The position numbers were made by a program, and so were the translations under genes. 64,000 nucleotides of DNA from Eledone cirrhosa (taxonomy: Eukaryota): assembly GCA_964016885.1 (NCBI GenBank), contig OZ024741.1, forward strand, positions 413,602,001 through 413,666,000, in the 5' to 3' direction. Below the pieces are notes generated by a model. It had not been told where the DNA came from, ran no database searches, and saw only the letters and a list, made by a program, of their open reading frames with translations. Every line of letters starts with the position of its first letter. The stretch's first letter is position 1. Below are positions 12,320 to 28,329 of this stretch, one piece after another.

Positions 12320-15300
12320 GAATCTCTGAATTGAGAGATCACAGCTCTGATATTACAGGCATGTGGTTAGAATGTCTCATGAAAGAATCATTGGATTGAG
12401 AGATCACAGCTCTGATGCTACAGACATGTGGTTACAATGTCTCATGAAAGAATCACTGGATTGAGAGATCACAGCTCTGATACTACAGACATGTGGTTAG
12501 AATGTCTCAGGAAAGTATCTCCAAATTGAGAGATCACAGCTCTGATACTACAGACATGTGGTTAGAATGTCTCAGGAAAGAATCACTGGATTGAGAGATC
12601 ACAGCTCTGATACTACAGACATGTGGTTAGAATGTCGCAGGAAAGAATCTCTGGATTGAGAGATCACAGCTCTGATATTACCGATATGTTGTTAGAACGT
12701 CTCAGGAAAGTATTTCTTGATTGACAGATCACAGTTCTGATACTATGGACATGTGGTTAGAATGTCTTAGGAAAGAATCTCCAGATTGAGAGATCACAGC
12801 TCTGATATTACAGACATGTGGTTAGAATGTCTCATGAAAGAATCACTGGAGTGAGAGATCACAGCTCTGATACTACAGACATGTGGTTAGAATGTCTCAG
12901 GAAAGAATCTCCAAATTGAGAGATCACAGCTCTGATACTACAGACATGTGTTTAGAATGTCTCAGGAAAGAATCTCTGAATTGAGAGATCACAGTTCTGA
13001 TACTATGGACATGTGGTTAGAATGTCTCAGGAAATGTTCTCCAAATTGAGAGATCACAGCTCTGATATTACAGGCATGTGGTTAGAATGTCTCATGAAAG
13101 AATCACTGGATTGAGAGATCACAGCTCTGATACTACAGACATGTGGTTATAATGTCTCATGAAAGAATCACTGGATTGAGAGATCACAGCTCTGATACTA
13201 CAGACATGTGGTCAGAATGTCTCAGGAAAGAATCTCTGAATTGAGAGATCACAGCTCTGATACTATGGACATGTGGTTAGAATGTCTCAAGAAAGAATCT
13301 CCAAATTGAGAGATCACAGCTCTGATACTACAGACATGTGGTTAGAATGTCTTAGGAAAGAATCTCCAAGTTGAGAGATCACAGCTCTGATATTACAGAC
13401 ATGTGATTATAATGTCTCATGAAAGAATCATTGGATTGAGAGATCACAGCTCTGATACTACAGACATGTGGTTAGAAAGTCTCATGAAAGAATCTCTAAA
13501 TTGAGAGATCACAGCTCTGATATTACAGACATGTGGTTATAATGTCTCATGAAAGAATCACTGGATTGAGAGATCACAGCTCTGATACTACAGACATGTG
13601 GTTAGAATGTCGCAGGAAAGAATCTCCAAATTGAGAGATCACAGCTCTGATATTACAGACATGTGGTTATAATGTCTCATGAAAGAATCACTGGATTGAG
13701 AGATCACAGCTCTGATACTATGGACATGTGGTTAGAATGTCTTAGGAAAGAATCTCCAAATTGAGAGATCACAGCTCTGATATTACTGGCATGTGGTTAG
13801 AATGTCTCAGGAAAGAATCACTGGATTGAGAGATCACAGCTCTGCTACTACAGACATGTGGTTAGAATGTCTCAGGAAATAATCTCCAAATTGAGAGATC
13901 ACAGCTCTGATACTACAGACATGTGGTTAGAATGTCTCATGAAAGAATCACTGGATTGAGAGATCACAGCTCTGATACTACAGACATGTGGTTAGAATGT
14001 CTCAGGAAATAATCTCCAAATTGAGAGATCACAGCTCTGATACTACAGACATGTGGTTAGAATGTCTCAGGAAAGAATCACTGGATTGAGAGATCACAGC
14101 TCTGATACTACAGACATGTGGTTATAATGTCTCAGGAAACAATCTCTGAATTGAGAGATCACAGATTTGATACTACAGACATATGGTTAGAGTGACTCAT
14201 GAAAGAATCACTGGATTGAGAGATCACAGCTCTGATACTACAGACATGTGGTTAGAATGTCTCAGGAAAGAATCTCTGGATTGAGAGATCACAGTTCTGA
14301 TACTATGGTCATGTGGTTAGAATGTCTCAGGAAAGAATCTCCAAATTGAGAGATCACAGCTCTGATACGACAGACATGTGGTTAGAATGTCTCAGGAAAG
14401 AATCACTGGATTGAGAGATCACAGCTCTGATACTACAGACATATGGTTAGAATGTCGCAGGAAAGAATCTCTGGATTGAGAGATCACAGCTCTGATACTT
14501 CAGACATGTGGTTAGAATGTCTCAGGAAAGAATATCTGAATTCAGAGATCACAGTTCTGATACTATGGACATGTGGTTAGAATGTCTCAGGAAATTTTCT
14601 CCAAATTGAGAGATCACAGCTCTGATATTACAGGCATGTTGTTAGAACGTCTCATGAAGGAATCACTGGATTGAAAGATCACAGCTCTGATACTACAGAC
14701 ATGTGGTTAGAACATCTCAGGAAAGAATCTCCAAATTGAGAGATCACAGCTCTGATACTACAGACATGTGGTTAGAATGTATCAGGAAAGAATCACTGGA
14801 TTGAGAGATCACAGCTCTGATATTACAGACATGTGGTTATAATGTCTCATGAAAGAATCACTGGATTGAGAGATCACAGCTCTGATATTACAGACATGGG
14901 GTTAGAAAGCCTCAGGAAAGAATCTCTGGATTGAGAGATCACAGTTCTGATACTATGGACATGTGGTTAGAATATCTCAGGAAAGAATCTCCAAATTGAG
15001 AGATCACAGCTCTGATACTACAGACATGTGGGTAGCATGTCTCAGGAAAGAATCACTGGATTGAGAGATCACAGCTCTGATACTACAGACATGTGGTTAG
15101 AATGTCTTAGGAAAGAATCTCCAAGTTGAGAGATCACAGCTCTGATATTACAGACATGTGATTATAATGTCTCATGAAAGAATTATTGGATTGAGAGATC
15201 ACAGCTCTGATTCTACAGACATGTGGTTAGAAAGTCTTAAGAAAGAATCTCTAAATTGAGGGATCACAGCTCTGATATTACAGACATGTGGTTATAATGT

Positions 15301-18300
15301 CTCATGAAAGAATCACTGGATTGAGAGATCACAGCTCTGATACTACAGACATGTGGTTAGAATGTCGCAGGAAAGAATCTCTGGATTGAGAGATCACAGC
15401 TCTGATATTACAGACATGTGTTTATAATGTCTCATGAAAGAATCACTGGATTGAGAGATCACAGCTCTGATACTATGGACATGTGGTTAGAATGTCTTAG
15501 GAAAGAATCTCCAAATTGAGAGATCACAGCTCTGATATTACAGGCATGTGGGTAGAATGTCTCATGAAAAAATCACTGGATTGAGAGATCACAGCTCTGA
15601 TACTACAGACATGTGGGTAGAACGTCTCAGGAAAGAATCACTGGATTGAGAGATCACAGCTCTGATACTACAGACATGTGGTTAGAATGTCGTAGGAAAG
15701 AATGTCTGGATTGAGAGATCACAGCTCTGATATTACAGATGTGTGGTTAGAATGTCTCTGGAAAGAATTTCTGGATTGAGAGATCACAGTTCTGATACTA
15801 TGGACATGTGGTTAGAATGTCTCAGGAAAGAATCACTGGATTGAGAGATCACAGCTCTGATACTACAGACATGTGGTTAGAATGTCGTAGGAAAGAATGT
15901 CTGGATTGAGAGATCACAGCTCTGATATTACAGATGTGTGGTTAGAATGTCTCAGGAAAGAATTTCTGGATTGAGAGATCACAGTTCTGATACTATGGAC
16001 ATGTGGTTAGAATGTCTCAGGAAAGAATCACTGGATTGAGAGATCACAGCTCTGATACTACAGACATGTGGTTATAATGTCTCAGGAAACAATCTCTGAA
16101 TTGAGAGATCACAGCTTTGATACTACAGACATATGGTTAGAGTGACTCATGAAAGAATCACTGGATTGAGAGACCACAGCTCTGATACTACAGACATGTG
16201 GTTAGAATGTCTTAGGAAAGAATCTCCAAATTGAGAGATCACAGCTCTGATATTACAGGCATGTGCTGAGAAAGTCTCATGAAAGAATCACTGGATTGAG
16301 AGATCACAGCTCTGATGCTACAGACATGTGGTTAGAATGTCTCATGAAAGAATCTCTGAATTGAGAGATCACAGCTCTGATATTACAGGCATGTGGTTAG
16401 AATGTCTCATGAAAGAATCATTGGATTGAGAGATCACAGCTCTGATGCTACAGACATGTGGTTACAATGTCTCATGAAAGAATCACTGGATTGAGAGATC
16501 ACAGCTCTGATACTACAGACATGTGGTTAGAATGTCTCAGGAAAGTATCTCCAAATTGAGAGATCACAGCTCTGATACTACAGACATGTGGTTAGAATGT
16601 CTCAGGAAAGAATCACTGGATTGAGAGATCACAGCTCTGATACTACAGACATGTGGTTAGAATGTCGCAGGAAAGAATCTCTGGATTGAGAGATCACAGC
16701 TCTGATATTACCGATATGTTGTTAGAACGTCTCAGGAAAGTATTTCTTGATTGACAGATCACAGTTCTGATACTATGGACATGTGGTTAGAATGTCTTAG
16801 GAAAGAATCTCCAGATTGAGAGATCACAGCTCTGATATTACAGACATGTGGTTAGAATGTCTCATGAAAGAATCACTGGATTGAGAGATCACAGCTCTGA
16901 TACTACAGACATGTGGTTAGAATGTCTCAGGAAAGAATCTCCAAATTGAGAGATCACAGCTCTGATACTACAGACATGTGTTTAGAATGTCTCAGGAAAG
17001 AATCTCTGAATTGAGAGATCACAGTTCTGATACTATGGACATGTGGTTAGAATGTCTCAGGAAATGTTCTCCAAATTGAGAGATCACAGCTCTGATATTA
17101 CAGGCATGTGGTTAGAATGTCTCATGAAAGAATCACTGGATTGAGAGATCACAGCTCTGATACTACAGACATGTGGTTATAATGTCTCATGAAAGAATCA
17201 CTGGATTGAGAGATCACAGCTCTGATACTACAGACATGTGGTCAGAATGTCTCAGGAAAGAATCTCTGAATTGAGAGATCACAGCTCTGATACTATGGAC
17301 ATGTGGTTAGAATGTCTCAAGAAAGAATCTCCAAATTGAGAGATCACAGCTCTGATACTACAGACATGTGGTTAGAATGTCTTAGGAAAGAATCTCCAAG
17401 TTGAGAGATCACAGCTCTGATATTACAGACATGTGATTATAATGTCTCATGAAAGAATCATTGGATTGAGAGATCACAGCTCTGATACTACAGACATGTG
17501 GTTAGAAAGTCTCATGAAAGAATCTCTAAATTGAGAGATCACAGCTCTGATATTACAGACATGTGGTTATAATGTCTCATGAAAGAATCACTGGATTGAG
17601 AGATCACAGCTCTGATACTACAGACATGTGGTTAGAATGTCGCAGGAAAGAATCTCCAAATTGAGAGATCACAGCTCTGATATTACAGACATGTGGTTAT
17701 AATGTCTCATGAAAGAATCACTGGATTGAGAGATCACAGCTCTGATACTATGGACATGTGGTTAGAATGTCTTAGGAAAGAATCTCCAAATTGAGAGATC
17801 ACAGCTCTGATATTACTGGCATGTGGTTAGAATGTCTCAGGAAAGAATCACTGGATTGAGAGATCACAGCTCTGCTACTACAGACATGTGGTTAGAATGT
17901 CTCAGGAAATAATCTCCAAATTGAGAGATCACAGCTCTGATACTACAGACATGTGGTTAGAATGTCTCATGAAAGAATCACTGGATTGAGAGATCACAGC
18001 TCTGATACTACAGACATGTGGTTAGAATGTCTCAGGAAATAATCTCCAAATTGAGAGATCACAGCTCTGATACTACAGACATGTGGTTAGAATGTCTCAG
18101 GAAAGAATCACTGGATTGAGAGATCACAGCTCTGATACTACAGACATGTGGTTATAATGTCTCAGGAAACAATCTCTGAATTGAGAGATCACAGATTTGA
18201 TACTACAGACATATGGTTAGAGTGACTCATGAAAGAATCACTGGATTGAGAGATCACAGCTCTGATACTACAGACATGTGGTTAGAATGTCTCAGGAAAG

Positions 18301-19540
18301 AATCTCTGGATTGAGAGATCACAGTTCTGATACTATGGTCATGTGGTTAGAATGTCTCAGGAAAGAATCTCCAAATTGAGAGATCACAGCTCTGATACGA
18401 CAGACATGTGGTTAGAATGTCTCAGGAAAGAATCACTGGATTGAGAGATCACAGCTCTGATACTACAGACATATGGTTAGAATGTCGCAGGAAAGAATCT
18501 CTGGATTGAGAGATCACAGCTCTGATACTTCAGACATGTGGTTAGAATGTCTCAGGAAAGAATATCTGAATTCAGAGATCACAGTTCTGATACTATGGAC
18601 ATGTGGTTAGAATGTCTCAGGAAATTTTCTCCAAATTGAGAGATCACAGCTCTGATATTACAGGCATGTTGTTAGAATGTCTCATGAAGGAATCACTGGA
18701 TTGAAAGATCACAGCTCTGATACTACAGACATGTGGTTAGAACATCTCAGGAAAGAATCTCCAAATTGAGAGATCACAGCTCTGATACTACAGACATGTG
18801 GTTAGAATGTATCAGGAAAGAATCACTGGATTGAGAGATCACAGCTCTGATATTACAGACATGTGGTTATAATGTCTCATGAAAGAATCACTGGATTGAG
18901 AGATCACAGCTCTGATATTACAGACATGGGGTTAGAAAGCCTCAGGAAAGAATCTCTGGATTGAGAGATCACAGTTCTGATACTATGGACATGTGGTTAG
19001 AATATCTCAGGAAAGAATCTCCAAATTGAGAGATCACAGCTCTGATACTACAGACATGTGGGTAGCATGTCTCAGGAAAGAATCACTGGATTGAGAGATC
19101 ACAGCTCTGATACTACAGACATGTGGTTAGAATGTCTTAGGAAAGAATCTCCAAGTTGAGAGATCACAGCTCTGATATTACAGACATGTGATTATAATGT
19201 CTCATGAAAGAATCATTGGATTGAGAGATCACAGCTCTGATTCTACAGACATGTGGTTAGAAAGTCTTAAGAAAGAATCTCTAAATTGAGGGATCACAGC
19301 TCTGATATTACAGACATGTGGTTATAATGTCTCATGAAAGAATCACTGGATTGAGAGATCACAGCTCTGATACTACAGACATGTGGTTAGAATGTCGCAG
19401 GAAAGAATCTCTGGATTGAGAGATCACAGCTCTGATATTACAGACATGTGTTTATAATGTCTCATGAAAGAATCACTGGATTGAGAGATCACAGCTCTGA
19501 TACTATGGACATGTGGTTAGAATGTCTTAGGAAAGAATCA
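12320..19540 (+). repeat. Higher-order duplication, 62-monomer period (4030 bp)
   Basis: Marker pairs 4030 bp apart: gaaagtatct 12511/16541, ccgatatgtt 12681/16711, tattactggc 13781/17811, GAATTC 14538/18568, ggtagcatgt 15031/19061. Confidence 0.92.
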
Positions 19541-22500
19541 CTGGATTGAGAGATCACAGCTCTGATACTACAGACATGTGGTTAGAATGTCTCAGGAAAG
19601 AATCACTGGATTGAGAGATCACAGCTCTGATACTACAGACATGTGGTTAGAATGTCGTAGGAAAGAATGTCTGGATTGAGAGATCACAGCTCTGATATTA
19701 CAGATGTGTGGTTAGAATGTCTCAGGAAAGAATTTCTGGATTGAGAGATCACAGTTCTGATACTATGGACATGTGGTTAGAATGTCTCAGGAAAGAATCA
19801 CTGGATTGAGAGATCACAGCTCTGATACTACAGACATGTGGTTAGAATGTCGTAGGAAAGAATGTCTGGATTGAGAGATCACAGCTCTGATATTACAGAT
19901 GTGTGGTTAGAATGTCTCAGGAAAGAATTTCTGGATTGAGAGATCACAGTTCTGATACTATGGACATGTGGTTAGAATGTCTCAGGAAAGAATCACTGGA
20001 TTGAGAGATCACAGCTCTGATACTACAGACATGTGGTTATAATGTCTCAGGAAACAATCTCTGAATTGAGAGATCACAGCTTTGATACTACAGACATATG
20101 GTTAGAGTGACTCATGAAAGAATCACTGGATTGAGAGATCACAGCTCTGATACTACAGACATGTGGTTAGAATGTCGCAGGAAAGAATGTCTGGATTGAG
20201 AGATCACAGCTCTGATATTACAGATGTGTGGTTAGAATGTCTCAGGAAAGAATATCTGAATTCAGAGATCACAGCTCTGATACTACAGACATGTGGTTAT
20301 AATGTCTCATGAAAGAATCACTGGATTGAGAGATCACAGCTCTGATACTACAGACATGTGGTTAGAATGTCGCAGGAAAGAATCTCTGGATTGAGAGATC
20401 ACAGCTCTGATACTTCAGACATGTGGTTAGAATGTCTCAGGAAAGAATATCTGAATTCAGAGATCACAGTTCTGATACTATGGACATGTGGTTAGAATGT
20501 CTCAGGAAATTTTCTCCAAATTGAGAGATCACAGCTCTGATATTACAGGCATGTTGTTAGAATGTCTCATGAAGGAATCACTGGATTGAAAGATCACAGC
20601 TCTGATACTACAGACATGTGGTTAGAACATCTCAGGAAAGAATCTCCAAATTGAGAGATCACAGCTCTGATACTACAGACATGTGGTTAGAATGTATCAG
20701 GAAAGAATCACTGGATTGAGAGATCACAGCTCTGATATTACAGACATGTGGTTATAATGTCTCATGAAAGAATCACTGGATTGAGAGATCACAGCTCTGA
20801 TATTACAGACATGGGGTTAGAAAGCCTCAGGAAAGAATCTCTGGATTGAGAGATCACAGTTCTGATACTATGGACATGTGGTTAGAATGTCTTAGGAAAG
20901 AATCTCCAAATTGAGAGATCACAGCTCTGATATTACTGGCATGTGGTTAGAATGTCTCAGGAAAGAATCACTGGATTGAGAGATCACAGCTCTGCTACTA
21001 CAGACATGTGGTTAGAATGTCTCAGGAAATAATCTCCAAATTGAGAGATCACAGCTCTGATACTACAGACATGTGGTTAGAATGTCTCATGAAAGAATCA
21101 CTGGATTGAGAGATCACAGCTCTGATACTACAGACATGTGGTTAGAATGTCTCAGGAAATAATCTCCAAATTGAGAGATCACAGCTCTGATACTACAGAC
21201 ATGTGGTTAGAATGTCTCAGGAAAGAATCACTGGATTGAGAGATCACAGCTCTGATACTACAGACATGTGGTTATAATGTCTCAGGAAACAATCTCTGAA
21301 TTGAGAGATCACAGATTTGATACTACAGACATATGGTTAGAGTGACTCATGAAAGAATCACTGGATTGAGAGATCACAGCTCTGATACTACAGACATGTG
21401 GTTAGAATGTCTCAGGAAAGAATCTCTGGATTGAGAGATCACAGTTCTGATACTATGGTCATGTGGTTAGAATGTCTCAGGAAAGAATCTCCAAATTGAG
21501 AGATCACAGCTCTGATACGACAGACATGTGGTTAGAATGTCTCAGGAAAGAATCACTGGATTGAGAGATCACAGCTCTGATACTACAGACATATGGTTAG
21601 AATGTCGCAGGAAAGAATCTCTGGATTGAGAGATCACAGCTCTGATACTTCAGACATGTGGTTAGAATGTCTCAGGAAAGAATATCTGAATTCAGAGATC
21701 ACAGTTCTGATACTATGGACATGTGGTTAGAATGTCTCAGGAAATTTTCTCCAAATTGAGAGATCACAGCTCTGATATTACAGGCATGTTGTTAGAATGT
21801 CTCATGAAGGAATCACTGGATTGAAAGATCACAGCTCTGATACTACAGACATGTGGTTAGAACATCTCAGGAAAGAATCTCCAAATTGAGAGATCACAGC
21901 TCTGATACTACAGACATGTGGTTAGAATGTATCAGGAAAGAATCACTGGATTGAGAGATCACAGCTCTGATATTACAGACATGTGGTTATAATGTCTCAT
22001 GAAAGAATCACTGGATTGAGAGATCACAGCTCTGATATTACAGACATGGGGTTAGAAAGCCTCAGGAAAGAATCTCTGGATTGAGAGATCACAGTTCTGA
22101 TACTATGGACATGTGGTTAGAATATCTCAGGAAAGAATCTCCAAATTGAGAGATCACAGCTCTGATACTACAGACATGTGGGTAGCATGTCTCAGGAAAG
22201 AATCACTGGATTGAGAGATCACAGCTCTGATACTACAGACATGTGGTTAGAATGTCTTAGGAAAGAATCTCCAAGTTGAGAGATCACAGCTCTGATATTA
22301 CAGACATGTGATTATAATGTCTCATGAAAGAATCATTGGATTGAGAGATCACAGCTCTGATTCTACAGACATGTGGTTAGAAAGTCTTAAGAAAGAATCT
22401 CTAAATTGAGGGATCACAGCTCTGATATTACAGACATGTGGTTATAATGTCTCATGAAAGAATCACTGGATTGAGAGATCACAGCTCTGATACTACAGAC

Positions 22501-25500
22501 ATGTGGTTAGAATGTCGCAGGAAAGAATCTCTGGATTGAGAGATCACAGCTCTGATATTACAGACATGTGTTTATAATGTCTCATGAAAGAATCACTGGA
22601 TTGAGAGATCACAGCTCTGATACTATGGACATGTGGTTAGAATGTCTTAGGAAAGAATCTCCAAATTGAGAGATCACAGCTCTGATATTACAGGCATGTG
22701 GGTAGAATGTCTCATGAAAAAATCACTGGATTGAGAGATCACAGCTCTGATACTACAGACATGTGGGTAGAACGTCTCAGGAAAGAATCACTGGATTGAG
22801 AGATCACAGCTCTGATACTACAGACATGTGGTTAGAATGTCGTAGGAAAGAATGTCTGGATTGAGAGATCACAGCTCTGATATTACAGATGTGTGGTTAG
22901 AATGTCTCAGGAAAGAATTTCTGGATTGAGAGATCACAGTTCTGATACTATGGACATGTGGTTAGAATGTCTCAGGAAAGAATCACTGGATTGAGAGATC
23001 ACAGCTCTGATACTACAGACATGTGGTTAGAATGTCGTAGGAAAGAATGTCTGGATTGAGAGATCACAGCTCTGATATTACAGATGTGTGGTTAGAATGT
23101 CTCAGGAAAGAATTTCTGGATTGAGAGATCACAGTTCTGATACTATGGACATGTGGTTAGAATGTCTCAGGAAAGAATCACTGGATTGAGAGATCACAGC
23201 TCTGATACTACAGACATGTGGTTATAATGTCTCAGGAAACAATCTCTGAATTGAGAGATCACAGCTTTGATACTACAGACATATGGTTAGAGTGACTCAT
23301 GAAAGAATCACTGGATTGAGAGACCACAGCTCTGATACTACAGACATGTGGTTAGAATGTCTTAGGAAAGAATCTCCAAATTGAGAGATCACAGCTCTGA
23401 TATTACAGGCATGTGCTGAGAAAGTCTCATGAAAGAATCACTGGATTGAGAGATCACAGCTCTGATGCTACAGACATGTGGTTAGAATGTCTCATGAAAG
23501 AATCTCTGAATTGAGAGATCACAGCTCTGATATTACAGGCATGTGGTTAGAATGTCTCATGAAAGAATCATTGGATTGAGAGATCACAGCTCTGATGCTA
23601 CAGACATGTGGTTACAATGTCTCATGAAAGAATCACTGGATTGAGAGATCACAGCTCTGATACTACAGACATGTGGTTAGAATGTCTCAGGAAAGTATCT
23701 CCAAATTGAGAGATCACAGCTCTGATACTACAGACATGTGGTTAGAATGTCTCAGGAAAGAATCACTGGATTGAGAGATCACAGCTCTGATACTACAGAC
23801 ATGTGGTTAGAATGTCGCAGGAAAGAATCTCTGGATTGAGAGATCACAGCTCTGATATTACCGATATGTTGTTAGAACGTCTCAGGAAAGTATTTCTTGA
23901 TTGACAGATCACAGTTCTGATACTATGGACATGTGGTTAGAATGTCTTAGGAAAGAATCTCCAGATTGAGAGATCACAGCTCTGATATTACAGACATGTG
24001 GTTAGAATGTCTCATGAAAGAATCACTGGATTGAGAGATCACAGCTCTGATACTACAGACATGTGGTTAGAATGTCTCAGGAAAGAATCTCCAAATTGAG
24101 AGATCACAGCTCTGATACTACAGACATGTGTTTAGAATGTCTCAGGAAAGAATCTCTGAATTGAGAGATCACAGTTCTGATACTATGGACATGTGGTTAG
24201 AATGTCTCAGGAAATGTTCTCCAAATTGAGAGATCACAGCTCTGATATTACAGGCATGTGGTTAGAATGTCTCATGAAAGAATCACTGGATTGAGAGATC
24301 ACAGCTCTGATACTACAGACATGTGGTTATAATGTCTCATGAAAGAATCACTGGATTGAGAGATCACAGCTCTGATACTACAGACATGTGGTCAGAATGT
24401 CTCAGGAAAGAATCTCTGAATTGAGAGATCACAGCTCTGATACTATGGACATGTGGTTAGAATGTCTCAAGAAAGAATCTCCAAATTGAGAGATCACAGC
24501 TCTGATACTACAGACATGTGGTTAGAATGTCTTAGGAAAGAATCTCCAAGTTGAGAGATCACAGCTCTGATATTACAGACATGTGATTATAATGTCTCAT
24601 GAAAGAATCATTGGATTGAGAGATCACAGCTCTGATACTACAGACATGTGGTTAGAAAGTCTCATGAAAGAATCTCTAAATTGAGAGATCACAGCTCTGA
24701 TATTACAGACATGTGGTTATAATGTCTCATGAAAGAATCACTGGATTGAGAGATCACAGCTCTGATACTACAGACATGTGGTTAGAATGTCGCAGGAAAG
24801 AATCTCCAAATTGAGAGATCACAGCTCTGATATTACAGACATGTGGTTATAATGTCTCATGAAAGAATCACTGGATTGAGAGATCACAGCTCTGATACTA
24901 TGGACATGTGGTTAGAATGTCTTAGGAAAGAATCTCCAAATTGAGAGATCACAGCTCTGATATTACTGGCATGTGGTTAGAATGTCTCAGGAAAGAATCA
25001 CTGGATTGAGAGATCACAGCTCTGCTACTACAGACATGTGGTTAGAATGTCTCAGGAAATAATCTCCAAATTGAGAGATCACAGCTCTGATACTACAGAC
25101 ATGTGGTTAGAATGTCTCATGAAAGAATCACTGGATTGAGAGATCACAGCTCTGATACTACAGACATGTGGTTAGAATGTCTCAGGAAATAATCTCCAAA
25201 TTGAGAGATCACAGCTCTGATACTACAGACATGTGGTTAGAATGTCTCAGGAAAGAATCACTGGATTGAGAGATCACAGCTCTGATACTACAGACATGTG
25301 GTTATAATGTCTCAGGAAACAATCTCTGAATTGAGAGATCACAGATTTGATACTACAGACATATGGTTAGAGTGACTCATGAAAGAATCACTGGATTGAG
25401 AGATCACAGCTCTGATACTACAGACATGTGGTTAGAATGTCTCAGGAAAGAATCTCTGGATTGAGAGATCACAGTTCTGATACTATGGTCATGTGGTTAG

Positions 25501-26690
25501 AATGTCTCAGGAAAGAATCTCCAAATTGAGAGATCACAGCTCTGATACGACAGACATGTGGTTAGAATGTCTCAGGAAAGAATCACTGGATTGAGAGATC
25601 ACAGCTCTGATACTACAGACATATGGTTAGAATGTCGCAGGAAAGAATCTCTGGATTGAGAGATCACAGCTCTGATACTTCAGACATGTGGTTAGAATGT
25701 CTCAGGAAAGAATATCTGAATTCAGAGATCACAGTTCTGATACTATGGACATGTGGTTAGAATGTCTCAGGAAATTTTCTCCAAATTGAGAGATCACAGC
25801 TCTGATATTACAGGCATGTTGTTAGAATGTCTCATGAAGGAATCACTGGATTGAAAGATCACAGCTCTGATACTACAGACATGTGGTTAGAACATCTCAG
25901 GAAAGAATCTCCAAATTGAGAGATCACAGCTCTGATACTACAGACATGTGGTTAGAATGTATCAGGAAAGAATCACTGGATTGAGAGATCACAGCTCTGA
26001 TATTACAGACATGTGGTTATAATGTCTCATGAAAGAATCACTGGATTGAGAGATCACAGCTCTGATATTACAGACATGGGGTTAGAAAGCCTCAGGAAAG
26101 AATCTCTGGATTGAGAGATCACAGTTCTGATACTATGGACATGTGGTTAGAATATCTCAGGAAAGAATCTCCAAATTGAGAGATCACAGCTCTGATACTA
26201 CAGACATGTGGGTAGCATGTCTCAGGAAAGAATCACTGGATTGAGAGATCACAGCTCTGATACTACAGACATGTGGTTAGAATGTCTTAGGAAAGAATCT
26301 CCAAGTTGAGAGATCACAGCTCTGATATTACAGACATGTGATTATAATGTCTCATGAAAGAATCATTGGATTGAGAGATCACAGCTCTGATTCTACAGAC
26401 ATGTGGTTAGAAAGTCTTAAGAAAGAATCTCTAAATTGAGGGATCACAGCTCTGATATTACAGACATGTGGTTATAATGTCTCATGAAAGAATCACTGGA
26501 TTGAGAGATCACAGCTCTGATACTACAGACATGTGGTTAGAATGTCGCAGGAAAGAATCTCTGGATTGAGAGATCACAGCTCTGATATTACAGACATGTG
26601 TTTATAATGTCTCATGAAAGAATCACTGGATTGAGAGATCACAGCTCTGATACTATGGACATGTGGTTAGAATGTCTTAGGAAAGAATCT
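13720..26690 (+). repeat. Higher-order duplication, 110-monomer period (7150 bp), containing the 62-mer duplication
   Basis: Marker pairs 7150 bp apart: tattactggc 13781/20931 and 17811/24961, atgtgggtagaacgt 15611/22761, agaccacagc 16171/23321, ccgatatgtt 16711/23861, ggtagcatgt 15031/22181 and 19061/26211. Confidence 0.92.
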
Positions 26691-28329
26691 CCAAATTGAG
26701 AGATCACAGCTCTGATATTACAGGCATGTGGGTAGAATGTCTCATGAAAAAATCACTGGATTGAGAGATCACAGCTCTGATACTACAGACATGTGGTTAG
26801 AACGTCTCAGGAAAGAATCACTGGATTGAGAGATCACAGCTCTGATACTACAGACATGTGGTTAGAATGTCGTAGGAAAGAATGTCTGGATTGAGAGATC
26901 ACAGCTCTGATATTACAGATGTGTGGTTAGAATGTCTCAGGAAAGAATTTCTGGATTGAGAGATCACAGTTCTGATACTATGGACATGTGGTTAGAATGT
27001 CTCAGGAAAGAATCACTGGATTGAGAGATCACAGCTCTGATACTACAGACATGTGGTTAGAATGTCGTAGGAAAGAATGTCTGGATTGAGAGATCACAGC
27101 TCTGATATTACAGATGTGTGGTTAGAATGTCTCAGGAAAGAATTTCTGGATTGAGAGATCACAGTTCTGATACTATGGACATGTGGTTAGAATGTCTCAG
27201 GAAAGAATCACTGGATTGAGAGATCACAGCTCTGATACTACAGACATGTGGTTATAATGTCTCAGGAAACAATCTCTGAATTGAGAGATCACAGCTTTGA
27301 TACTACAGACATATGGTTAGAGTGACTCATGAAAGAATCACTGGATTGAGAGATCACAGCTCTGATACTACAGACATGTGGTTAGAATGTCGCAGGAAAG
27401 AATGTCTGGATTGAGAGATCACAGCTCTGATATTACAGATGTGTGGTTAGAATGTCTCAGGAAAGAATATCTGAATTCAGAGATCACAGTTCTGATACTA
27501 TGGACATGTGGTTAGAATGTCTCAGGAAATTTTCTCCAAATTGAGAGATCACAGCTCTGATATTACAGGCATGTGGTTAGAATGTCTCATGAAGGAATCA
27601 CTGGATTGAAAGATCACAGCTCTGATACTACAGACATGTGGTTAGAACATCTCAGGAAAGAATCTCTAAATTGAGAGATCACAGCTCTGATACTACAGAC
27701 ATGTGGTTAGAATGTCTCAGGAAAGAATCACTGGATTGAGAGATCACAGCTCTGATATTACAGACATGTGGTTATAATGTCTCATGAAAGAATCACTGGA
27801 TTGAGAGATCACAGCTCTGATATTACAGACATGGGGTTAGAATGCTTCAGGAAAGAATCTCTGGATTGAGAGATCACAGTTCTGATACTATGGACATGTG
27901 GTTAGAATATCTCAGGAAAGAATCTCCAAATTGAGAGATCTCAGCTCTGATATTACAGGCATGTGGTTAGAATGTCTCATGAAAGAATCACTGGATTGAG
28001 AGATCACAGCTCTGATACTTCAGACATGTAGTAAGAATGTCTCAGGAAAGAATCTCTGAATTGAGAGATCAAAGCTCTGATACTATGGACATGTGGTTAG
28101 AATGTCGCAGGAAAGAATCTCCAAATTGGGAGATCACAGCTCTGATACTACAGACATGTGGTTAGAATGTCTCAGGAAAGAATCACTGGATTGAGAGATC
28201 ACAGCTCTGATACTACAGACAAGTGGTTAGAATGTCGCAGGAAAGAATGTCTGGATTGAGAGATCACAGCTCTGATACTTCAGACATGTGGTTAGAATGT
28301 CTTAGGAAAGAATCTCCAAATTGAGAGAT

